Below are positions 29,577 to 38,168 of a DNA stretch of 64,000 bases, piece by piece. A model generated the notes under the pieces. It was not told where the DNA came from and ran no database searches. It saw only the letters and a list, made by a program, of their open reading frames with translations. Position 1 is the stretch's first letter; each line of letters opens with the position of its first letter. Where the stretch lies: NCBI GenBank assembly GCA_023379125.1, contig JAMCSY010000010.1, forward strand, positions 913-64,912, in the 5' to 3' direction. Made by a program: the position numbers and the translations under genes. Source of the stretch: Patescibacteria group bacterium. GTDB lineage: Bacteria > Patescibacteriota > Microgenomatia > Daviesbacterales > UBA10151.

Positions 29577-31274
29577 ATGGTGAAAAGATTAGCCTTTATT
29601 GTTGGATTGGTGTTAACTCTCAGCTTACTTTGGCCACTGTTTAAAGCTCCTTATTTTAGCTCACTGGATGATGTGCAGATCATCAGAATTTATGAGATGG
29701 ATAAATGTATTAAAGATGGACAGATCCCCTGCCGTTGGGTACCTGATCTTGGCAATATGTATGGATATCCCTTATTTAACTATTATGCCCCATTGCCTTA
29801 TTATTTTGGCGAAATTTTCTATTTAATTAGTGGGAGTATAACTTTAGCTGCCAAAATAATGTTTGCAACTCCTTTCTTAGGAGCCTTTATTTTTATGTAC
29901 CTGCTAAGTAAAAGGTTGTGGGGAACTTGGGGTGGTAGTTTATCAGGTATCTTTTATAGTTTTGCTCCTTATCATGCATTGGTCTTTTATGTTAGGGGAG
30001 CAATGGGGGAAATGTGGGCCTTGATGTTTTTTCCCGCAATCCTCTGGGCTGTCTATCGCTTAAAAGAAACATCTAAGTTGCTTTATTCTATTCTCACTGG
30101 ATTATTTTTAGGCTTATTGATTCTTTCCCATAATTTAAGTTTGATGCTTTTTATCCCCATTTTTATGATCCTACTCCTTTACTTTCTTTATCGCAGCACA
30201 AGTTGGCGTATGGTCAAAATGACAGTAATAGCCTTGAGTCTGGGTGTGATGCTGGCCGCATTTTATTGGTTGCCTATGATTGTAGAAAAAGAGCTAGTCT
30301 ATGTTGAAACAACGACTCAAGGTTATTTTGGCTATACGGAACATTTTAAAGGTGTTCATAAACTGTTAGAAAGTAATTGGGGTTATGGGCAATCAGTTCG
30401 TGAAATTCCAGGTGGTCCTCCAGATGGTTTGTCTTATCAAATTGGTCCAGTACATCTTTTGGTTTGGATTTTGGCATTATTTGTGGCGTGGCGTTTGTGG
30501 AAGAAAAAGCGCTCATTGAGTATGGTAATTATCATTTCTAGTTTAATTATTATGTTCTCAATTTTCATGATTAATCCTCGCTCGAATTTTGTCTGGAAGA
30601 TTTTTGATCCCTTAAAGTATCTGCAGTTTCCTTGGCGATTCTTATCGATTGTCATCTTATTTATTTCACTAATTGCTGGTAGCGTAATGTTGGTAGTGAG
30701 AAATAGATTGTCTGTACTTATTTGGATTTCCCTAGTAATCGGAGTGATAGTTCTTAATTTTGCTTACTTTAAACCAGAGTATTTTTACTTTTATACTGAT
30801 CAACAATTTTTACAAGGTACTAATTGGGAAAGACAAGTGACAAGATCTATTTATGATTTTTTACCCAAGGGTGCGGAAAAACCTCCACCTGGACTTGCCC
30901 AAAGTAGATATCAAATTATCGATGGAGAAACGACTGTAAGCAATTTTAATGAAGGGACAAATTGGATTACATTTAATACCCAAACAAAAAACCGTACCAT
31001 CATCCGCTTGTCCCAGTATGATTTTCCCGAGTGGCAAGTGACCGTTGATGGTAAACCGATTAAGATTAATTCTCGGAATACTTATGGTCTAATTACCTTT
31101 ATGATTGGTGAGGGCAATCACCAAGTAACTGTTAGATTAGTAGATACCCCCATTAGAACAATTTCTAATGTTGTATCAATTTTAGGTTTCATCTTCTTTA
31201 TAGTTCTGTTGTTAACACAAGTGAAGCTGACTAGAAAATGGATTCTATATTATTGGCACTTTGTTGGTAGATAA
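29577..31274 (+). CDS. Family B putative GT-C membrane protein (paralog 4)
   Basis: SSLDDVQIIRIYEM, DGQIPCRWVPDLGNMYGYPLFNYY, RGAMGEMWAL, LSHNLSLM, WGYGQSVREIPGGPPDG, QFPWRFL. Confidence 0.6.
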   Translation: MVKRLAFIVGLVLTLSLLWPLFKAPYFSSLDDVQIIRIYEMDKCIKDGQIPCRWVPDLGNMYGYPLFNYYAPLPYYFGEIFYLISGSITLAAKIMFATPFLGAFIFMYLLSKRLWGTWGGSLSGIFYSFAPYHALVFYVRGAMGEMWALMFFPAILWAVYRLKETSKLLYSILTGLFLGLLILSHNLSLMLFIPIFMILLLYFLYRSTSWRMVKMTVIALSLGVMLAAFYWLPMIVEKELVYVETTTQGYFGYTEHFKGVHKLLESNWGYGQSVREIPGGPPDGLSYQIGPVHLLVWILALFVAWRLWKKKRSLSMVIIISSLIIMFSIFMINPRSNFVWKIFDPLKYLQFPWRFLSIVILFISLIAGSVMLVVRNRLSVLIWISLVIGVIVLNFAYFKPEYFYFYTDQQFLQGTNWERQVTRSIYDFLPKGAEKPPPGLAQSRYQIIDGETTVSNFNEGTNWITFNTQTKNRTIIRLSQYDFPEWQVTVDGKPIKINSRNTYGLITFMIGEGNHQVTVRLVDTPIRTISNVVSILGFIFFIVLLLTQVKLTRKWILYYWHFVGR

Positions 31275-31285
31275 TAGATTTATGT

Positions 31286-32788
31286 ATGGATGATTTCGCC
31301 GCAGAAGAACATCTTGATCCAACTACCGAAATTAATTTAGCTACTATCAAAAAGCGTGCTGTCAGTGGCGTAGTTGCTCTCACCGGTCGAATGATTATCC
31401 TGCAGGTTTTATCCCTTGTTGCTACCTTTTTGCTGACAGTTTTTCTGACACCAACACAATTTGGAGTGTTTTATGTTGTCTCAGCTGCGGTTAGTTTTTT
31501 TGCTTATTTTTCTGATATTGGGCTGGGTGCTGCATTAATCCAAAAAAAGGAAGGTTTAACTAGGAAGGAATTAGCAACTACCTTCACTGTTCAAAATGGT
31601 TTAGTGCTGATTATCTTATTAATAATATTTCTTGCAACACCTCTGTATCAAAAATGGTATCACCTAGACCAAGCTGCTATTTATTTATTGTGGGCTCTGG
31701 GGTTTAGCTTGCTACTCTCATCCTTAAAAAGTATTCCCTCACTTTTACTAGAGAGAGAATTAAATTTTAATAAACTAATAGTCCCGCAAATTGCAGAATC
31801 TTTGGTTTATCAATTTGTTGTAGTTTTTTTAGCTTGGAGAGGCTTTGGCATAAATAGCTTTACGATAGCAGTTCTGTTACGAGGTTTTACTGGACTTGGT
31901 TTAATGTATCTGATGAAGCCTTGGCGACCAAGTCTAGCCTTGGCAATCGACTCTTTACGAGGCTTACTCAGATTTGGTTTACCTTACCAAATAAATACTT
32001 TCTTAGCTGTGGCTAAAGATGATGGAATGATACTAGTTTTAGGTGGAATCTTAGGTTCAGCAAATATTGGCCTTTTAGGCTGGGCGCAAAAATGGGCTGC
32101 TGCACCGCTACGTTTTTTCATGGACCAGGTGATCAAGGTTACTTTTCCTGCCTATTCCAGAATGCAAGAACACGAAGAGGAGTTATCCAAAGCAATTAAT
32201 AAGTCTCTCCTTTTTATTTGTATCTTAGTTTTTCCAGCGTTAGTCACACTTTGCATTGCAGCACCATCTTTAGTTTTGCTAATTCCGAAGTATACCAAGT
32301 GGCAACCAGCGTTAGTTGCCTTATCCTTAATTTCGCTAAACTCAGCTTGGGCAGCCGTTACCACACCGCTAACTAATGTTTTAAATGCAATAGGTAAGAT
32401 AAAAACTACATTCAAATTAATGGTGATGTGGACAGTTCTGTCTTGGCTTTTTATTCCCAGTCTATCTTATTTTTATGGAGTTAACGGAGCTGCCTTAGGT
32501 TACACGCTTGTAGGGATGAGTTCAATAGTGGCTATTCTGATCGTGCTACGTTTTGTCAAATTGGATCTATTTGTTAGTGTGGGTAAACCGTTGCTGAGTG
32601 CAGTAATAATGGGAAGCGTGATGGTAACTCTGCAACGATTAATGCCATTGTCATGGGTTAATTTGGTAATGATGTTTGTAGTTGGTATTACGGTTTATGT
32701 ATTGCTTAATTATCTTTTACTTAGGTCTGTTATCCAGCAGGATATTAGTAAAGTCTTGACCAGCTTTAAAGGGGCTAAGGGTGTATGA
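31286..32788 (+). CDS. Lipid-linked oligosaccharide flippase, Wzx-like (MOP superfamily, polysaccharide biosynthesis protein)
   Basis: The 500-aa protein has about 14 TM helices. Its composition and the conserved R/K-rich loop (LLRGFTGLGLMYLMKPWRP) are typical of Wzx/RfbX. Confidence 0.65.
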   Translation: MDDFAAEEHLDPTTEINLATIKKRAVSGVVALTGRMIILQVLSLVATFLLTVFLTPTQFGVFYVVSAAVSFFAYFSDIGLGAALIQKKEGLTRKELATTFTVQNGLVLIILLIIFLATPLYQKWYHLDQAAIYLLWALGFSLLLSSLKSIPSLLLERELNFNKLIVPQIAESLVYQFVVVFLAWRGFGINSFTIAVLLRGFTGLGLMYLMKPWRPSLALAIDSLRGLLRFGLPYQINTFLAVAKDDGMILVLGGILGSANIGLLGWAQKWAAAPLRFFMDQVIKVTFPAYSRMQEHEEELSKAINKSLLFICILVFPALVTLCIAAPSLVLLIPKYTKWQPALVALSLISLNSAWAAVTTPLTNVLNAIGKIKTTFKLMVMWTVLSWLFIPSLSYFYGVNGAALGYTLVGMSSIVAILIVLRFVKLDLFVSVGKPLLSAVIMGSVMVTLQRLMPLSWVNLVMMFVVGITVYVLLNYLLLRSVIQQDISKVLTSFKGAKGV

Positions 32789-35700
32789 GGACTATTAAAT
32801 TCATTTTCGTTGTTATTTTAAGCTGTTTCTTCTTTAGAGCACTTACGGTACATGCTGTAAGTAGTTCCTTTGTCACGATAGTAAATCCAATTCGCGGTGA
32901 GGATACTTGGGACTTACCAAATCAGCAACCAGTTGATGCAGTAATGGGACAAATGCAAATTATCAATCGTTATCAATTGTCTGCTACGTGGCTAATACGA
33001 TTTGATGCTTTATCGGATCATAATATAATCAATGTTCTTAAAAGTAGCCCGATTTCTCAAGAGAAAGGTTTATTTTTAGAAGTAACTCCAAGTTGGACAA
33101 CAACAGCTGATGTAAATTATCGTCAGTCTGCAGTTTGGCACAATGCCGGAAGCGTATTTTTAACAGGCTATAATCAAGCTGAGCGATTAAAGCTTATCGA
33201 CACTGCGTTTATCAAATTTAAAGAAGTCTTTGGTTATTATCCAAAATCAGTGGGAGCTTGGTGGGTGGATAGCTACTCACTCCAATATATGTCTACTAAG
33301 TATGGAGTGACTAGCTGCTTAATTGTGGCAGATCAATTCTCAACTGATAACTATCAAATCTGGGGCCAATATTGGGAGGCACCATATTATCCAGCCCAAC
33401 AAAATGCTTTAATTCCAGCTCAAACTGCTGAGCAGAAAATTCCTGTGGTCATGATGCAGTGGGCTAGTCGTGACCCGGTAAACGGTTATGGTGAAGGGGT
33501 TCAAGAAAGTACATATTCTGTTCAAGCTAATGATTATCTTGATTATCACAATTTGGGCAGTGATTATTTTGCCAAGTTACTGGATATCTATACGAAGCAA
33601 CCACTTAACTCTGTTAATCAACTAGTGGTAGGTTTAGAGAATTCCTATTCTTGGACTAAGTACCAAAGTGAATATGATCAACAGCTTGCACTAGTGGCAG
33701 CTAGACAACAGCAAGGGCAATTTCAAGTTAAAAGCATGGAGGATTTTGCCAATTATTATAGCCAAACTTTTCCTAGTGTTTCATCAGAACATATTATTGT
33801 TGCAGACGATCCGTTAGGTACAAATCAAAAAGCTGTGTGGTTTATGGATCCCTACTATCGAATAGGTTGGTTCTATAACAATCAAGGGAGTGTTATTCTC
33901 GATATTCACCAATATATATCTGGCTCACAAGAATTGTGTTTTGATCAAGCCTGCCAAAATTTAAATTTTGCTACTTCTGCAACAAGGGTACTTGACGATG
34001 TGACAAATCATCAACAAGATTTACTAGACCCAGGTCAGATTAGCAATTTTCAGGTTGAACACTCAACTGATAAGTATATTATTAAGTATACCAATGAGGC
34101 AGGAAGAACTAGAGAAGTTCAGTTATTACCGCGGGATATTGGGATTGACAATCAGATAACTGCTATTGATAGTTTTATTCTGCAAGTAACTACAAAGCAA
34201 AATCAAACAAATAGTTTGTCTCTAAACTCGACTGATTATAAACAATATCAGGAATCCTTGGCAAGCTTGTTACGAGGGGTACTGAAATTTATTCTCTTCT
34301 TGTTAATAGGGGTTTTCATCCCAGGTTATTTAATAACTAGGAAAATCAAAGAGAGTTTGTTGTGGCAATTTTTTGTTTCTGTCGTGGTAGGAATTTCTGC
34401 TTTAACCCTGTTGGCTTTTATCGCTGGTTACTTAAAAATGGAAATCATCATCTATCTCTATCTAGGTTTGGCTGTGGTTGCCTTTGCTTACTATAAATGT
34501 TATCAGCAACTACACCTAAAACATCTCCTTAGGAAATTGGATAGTTATACGTTGGTTGTGTTGCTGATAATAATTGCAGGAACAATTTTTCAGTGTTTAG
34601 CAATTGTTAAATCAGGTTGGGTTTATCCATTTGGAATGGGTTTTTTAGGTCCACTTGGCCACGATGGGATTTGGCATCAAGCGTTAATCAACCAACTAGA
34701 GCAACAAGTGCCTCCACTTAATCCATCATTTTCTGCAACTTTGTTATCAAACTACCACTACTTTTATGATTTGTTGTTAGCTCAAACTGATAAACTTACT
34801 ACTATTGGAGTACTAGATTTACTCTACAGATTTTACCCAATCTTACTCTCTTTGCTATTAGGATTAGGTACGTACTTATTGGCTGACAGGTTATTTAATA
34901 ATAAATGGGTGAACTTAACCAGCTTGTATTTTGTTTACTTTGGCAGTAGTTTTGGTTGGATTGTGCAATATTTGCATAGCAGTGAATTATTGGGTGGAGA
35001 GTCTGCTTTTTGGATGAATCAGCCAGTATCAATGAATCTTAACCCGCCATTTGCAATCTCATTAATCATGCTGATAAGTCTGGTCTTACTGATTATTAAA
35101 TCACAACGGGATGGTAAAACTTTGGCAGTGATGATTGCTTTTGTCCTCATTGGAGGTGTGCTGATCGAATTTAAAGTGTATGCTGGCTTGCTTGCCTTGG
35201 TAGGATTGGGGGGATTGGCTTTTGTCCAAGTGTTAAAGAAAGATTTTTATTATTTGAAAATGTTATTTGCAACCACAATTATTTCTTTGACAGTTTTTTT
35301 ACCACAGAACAGTCAATCTGCAGAATTGTTGGTTTTTTCACCATTTTGGTTCATTCATTCGATGGTAGATTTTACTGATCGAGTAGGTTGGTTAAAGCTA
35401 TCACAAGCGCGTCTGGCATATTATCAAAGAGGGGAAACTCTCAAGTACATACTGGTTGAGGTATTAGGGCTAACTATTTTTTTAGTTGGTAATTTGGGTA
35501 CGAGAATAATTGGATTGTTTTCTTCACCTAAGCTGCTGAAGGTTAAATTTTTTCAAAAGGGAGAAGTCCTTTTTATCACCCTGATTGGTCTAGCCTCATT
35601 GGCAATTCCAATTTTTTATATTCAACAGGGTAATCCCTGGAATACTATTCAATTTAGCTACTATGCTTTATATTTACTTTCAGTAGGAGCAGGCGCTAGT

Positions 35701-36255
35701 TTATATTTATTATCAAAAAAGTTACCCACAATATTGGGTTTAGGATTTATTTTGTTAGTACTTGTAATAACACCCATTAGTTCTTATGCTACTTTTAAAA
35801 GTGGTTTTTATAATTTGCCACCAGCTCGATTAATGACTGGAGAGTTGGCAGCCTTGGATTTTTTACATAATTTACCTTCTGGGATTGTATTAACTTATCC
35901 ATATGATAAAAACCTGAAGAATAGTTTTACTAATCCTTATCCTCTCTATATGTATGAAACAACATCATATGTTTCAGCTTTTTCTGGCAAAACAACTTTT
36001 TTAGAAGACGAGATCCAGCAAGAGATACTAGAAGGTAATCAGTCAAGCGGAGATAATTATCAAAAGAGACTGGTTGAGGAAAACGATTTCTTTAATAGCA
36101 AAGATATTAGCTGGTCGATTGCGTTTCTAAATAACAATCACATTGAATATATTTATTTGCCTATACAATATCACCTTGCCTTGAACATAGACTCCTTAGG
36201 ATTGAAGAATATTTTTGAAAATGATGAGGCTGTAATTTACCAGAAAATGCAGTAA
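32785..36255 (+). CDS. Fusion protein: N-terminal ~480-aa secreted domain (uncharacterised, possibly carbohydrate-active) plus C-terminal 'family D' polytopic membrane module (HDGIWH motif)
   Basis: A signal peptide MRTIKFIFVVILSCFFFRALTVHA leads into a W/Y-rich soluble domain. The membrane region then carries GHDGIWHQALINQ...NYHYFYD...YRFYP...SLLLG...GSSFGWIV...GGESAFW...NPP, shared with the 38169-40139 protein. Confidence 0.6.
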   Translation: MRTIKFIFVVILSCFFFRALTVHAVSSSFVTIVNPIRGEDTWDLPNQQPVDAVMGQMQIINRYQLSATWLIRFDALSDHNIINVLKSSPISQEKGLFLEVTPSWTTTADVNYRQSAVWHNAGSVFLTGYNQAERLKLIDTAFIKFKEVFGYYPKSVGAWWVDSYSLQYMSTKYGVTSCLIVADQFSTDNYQIWGQYWEAPYYPAQQNALIPAQTAEQKIPVVMMQWASRDPVNGYGEGVQESTYSVQANDYLDYHNLGSDYFAKLLDIYTKQPLNSVNQLVVGLENSYSWTKYQSEYDQQLALVAARQQQGQFQVKSMEDFANYYSQTFPSVSSEHIIVADDPLGTNQKAVWFMDPYYRIGWFYNNQGSVILDIHQYISGSQELCFDQACQNLNFATSATRVLDDVTNHQQDLLDPGQISNFQVEHSTDKYIIKYTNEAGRTREVQLLPRDIGIDNQITAIDSFILQVTTKQNQTNSLSLNSTDYKQYQESLASLLRGVLKFILFLLIGVFIPGYLITRKIKESLLWQFFVSVVVGISALTLLAFIAGYLKMEIIIYLYLGLAVVAFAYYKCYQQLHLKHLLRKLDSYTLVVLLIIIAGTIFQCLAIVKSGWVYPFGMGFLGPLGHDGIWHQALINQLEQQVPPLNPSFSATLLSNYHYFYDLLLAQTDKLTTIGVLDLLYRFYPILLSLLLGLGTYLLADRLFNNKWVNLTSLYFVYFGSSFGWIVQYLHSSELLGGESAFWMNQPVSMNLNPPFAISLIMLISLVLLIIKSQRDGKTLAVMIAFVLIGGVLIEFKVYAGLLALVGLGGLAFVQVLKKDFYYLKMLFATTIISLTVFLPQNSQSAELLVFSPFWFIHSMVDFTDRVGWLKLSQARLAYYQRGETLKYILVEVLGLTIFLVGNLGTRIIGLFSSPKLLKVKFFQKGEVLFITLIGLASLAIPIFYIQQGNPWNTIQFSYYALYLLSVGAGASLYLLSKKLPTILGLGFILLVLVITPISSYATFKSGFYNLPPARLMTGELAALDFLHNLPSGIVLTYPYDKNLKNSFTNPYPLYMYETTSYVSAFSGKTTFLEDEIQQEILEGNQSSGDNYQKRLVEENDFFNSKDISWSIAFLNNNHIEYIYLPIQYHLALNIDSLGLKNIFENDEAVIYQKMQ

Positions 36256-36265
36256 AGTAAAAAAT

Positions 36266-37519
36266 ATGAAATCTTTAATCAATGAACTCAATAGATTAAG
36301 TTTAATAAAATTGTTTGCTCTGGCAATTCTCTTAAGGGTATTATTGATGCCTTTTTTCTTTCACCCAGACATAAAAACCTATAACTTCCAAGCTCAATTT
36401 TTAAAGAATGGAGTTTGGAATATTTATTCCTATTTATTAGAAAACAAACAATCATTACCCCTTAAGGAAGAGTTTGTCTATTTTCCATTAACCTACTATT
36501 TTTTAGGTGGATATCAAATAATCGCCTCGCCACTATTGGGAAGCGATTTTAATAATTGGTTGAATAATGCATCGGTAGGTGAATCACAAGCGCAAAATAT
36601 TTTTCGCTATCTTTTTGTTTTAAAGCTGCCTTATCTGTTATTAGATATATTAATTGCTTTTCTTTTTCTTAAACTTTTTAATTCAGATAAAACAAAAAAA
36701 GCAGGTTTTGTCTTCTGGCTCTTTAATCCATTTTCATTAATCCTTATCTACATTTTTGGTAATCTTGATGTTATTGTTGTGATGATAACTGTATTAAGTT
36801 TATTACTAGTCAAAAGAAATAAGTTAGTTTTCGCTGCTCTTTGTCTTGGTTTAGGTTCTGCCTTCAAAGCCTATCCGATGTTATTTTTGCCATTCCTGCT
36901 TTTAGTAGGTAATTCTATTTCTGAAAGGCTAAAAATACTAGTTGCTGGCTTAGGTAGCTTTTTAGTGATTATTGTACCGTTTGTTATTAAACCAGGTTTT
37001 TCTCAAGCAGCTTTGGTCTCAGGTCTTACTACCAGAATCATTTCCTCTGGGCTTAGTATTGGTTTTGGTGAAACTTTGATCTTTCCAATAATCTCCCTTG
37101 CCGCCTTATTTGCGTATGCTCTGAGTAAAGGCGTTCTGGAAAAAGAGCAGCTATGGAAATATTACTTAAGTGTGCTTTTGTTGGTTATCTCATCGATTCA
37201 TTTTCATATTCAATGGTTACTCTGGTTAGTGCCTTTTGTGGTTATTCTTTTGGTTAAATCTCAAAAATATATAACTTTTATATGGTTAATCGGCTTAATA
37301 GCATTGGCGATCCCTATTTTATATGAGGATAAATTTATGAGTGTTTCTTTGTACTCAGTAATTAGTCCCTTATTCAGTCTTTTACCAATTCCTTTTGGGG
37401 CTGTGCAAAAGCTCTATGATCCATATGCTGTTCAAAGTGTCCTGCAAAGTGGTTTAGTTGGGATGAGTTTGATATTAATTTGGCAGATCCTTAAGGGGGA
37501 AGAATATGAGACTGGTTAA
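36266..37519 (+). CDS. Polytopic membrane protein 'family C' (DUF2029/GT87-like putative GT-C)
   Basis: See 28295-29563. The two share the FxxxNPxS...G(Q/N)xDV block and TM architecture. Confidence 0.5.
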   Translation: MKSLINELNRLSLIKLFALAILLRVLLMPFFFHPDIKTYNFQAQFLKNGVWNIYSYLLENKQSLPLKEEFVYFPLTYYFLGGYQIIASPLLGSDFNNWLNNASVGESQAQNIFRYLFVLKLPYLLLDILIAFLFLKLFNSDKTKKAGFVFWLFNPFSLILIYIFGNLDVIVVMITVLSLLLVKRNKLVFAALCLGLGSAFKAYPMLFLPFLLLVGNSISERLKILVAGLGSFLVIIVPFVIKPGFSQAALVSGLTTRIISSGLSIGFGETLIFPIISLAALFAYALSKGVLEKEQLWKYYLSVLLLVISSIHFHIQWLLWLVPFVVILLVKSQKYITFIWLIGLIALAIPILYEDKFMSVSLYSVISPLFSLLPIPFGAVQKLYDPYAVQSVLQSGLVGMSLILIWQILKGEEYETG

Positions 37520-38168
37520 AGTTAATACAATCTTAGTCTTTATTGCTTTATTATTGATGCCAGCATTATTGTCACTAGGAATCAATAATATTCCATATGG
37601 TAATCAGCCATCTACGGATTGGTCAGTAAAAGTCTTTCAGAATAATATTATCGAGCAAAAATTTACTGCCCAAGTCAATAACTTATCTGCTATTGGTATT
37701 AGTATTAAAAATCCTAACTTAGCGAATACAGGTGATATCGTTTTGCAACTACTAAGTAGCGATAGGCATATCCTTAGAACAAGCACTCTAAATGGTCAAC
37801 ATATTCCAGATGGTGGCTTTGAGCAGTTTACTTTTATGCCTGTTAGTGATTCGCTTAATCAGCCGTATATATTAGAGTTATCAGCACCTTCCTCCGTTGA
37901 TCTTGATTCTTATGAAATATTTATGACAAGACAACAAATATCAGCAGTTGATCCAGCGATGAGTAATGGAGTGTTGGTGCCGGGAAGTATGGCTTTTGTG
38001 CAGTATGAACATCCTCGTAATAAACTTACCTTATTAGGTAGTATTTACCTGACTTGGATCAATAAACTAGTGGGAGATATGAGCTTTTTGGTTTTTTATT
38101 TGATGCTAGTTATAAGTTTAGTCGTGATAATTGCACCAAACGTAAAACTCATAGGCAGAAAAGAGTAA
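37506..38168 (+). CDS. Hypothetical exported protein with C-terminal TM (220 aa)
   Basis: The N-terminus is hydrophobic (ILVFIALLLMPALLSLG) and a C-terminal TM is present. No motifs were recognised. Confidence 0.4.
   Translation: MRLVKVNTILVFIALLLMPALLSLGINNIPYGNQPSTDWSVKVFQNNIIEQKFTAQVNNLSAIGISIKNPNLANTGDIVLQLLSSDRHILRTSTLNGQHIPDGGFEQFTFMPVSDSLNQPYILELSAPSSVDLDSYEIFMTRQQISAVDPAMSNGVLVPGSMAFVQYEHPRNKLTLLGSIYLTWINKLVGDMSFLVFYLMLVISLVVIIAPNVKLIGRKE

Noticed and set aside
32785-34230. Calling the secreted N-terminal domain of the 1156-aa protein a polysaccharide deacetylase or glycoside hydrolase
   Set aside because: I could not find NodB (TFDDG/HxxH) or a clear GH catalytic motif by eye. It is only recorded as a possibly carbohydrate-active domain pending HMM or structure search.
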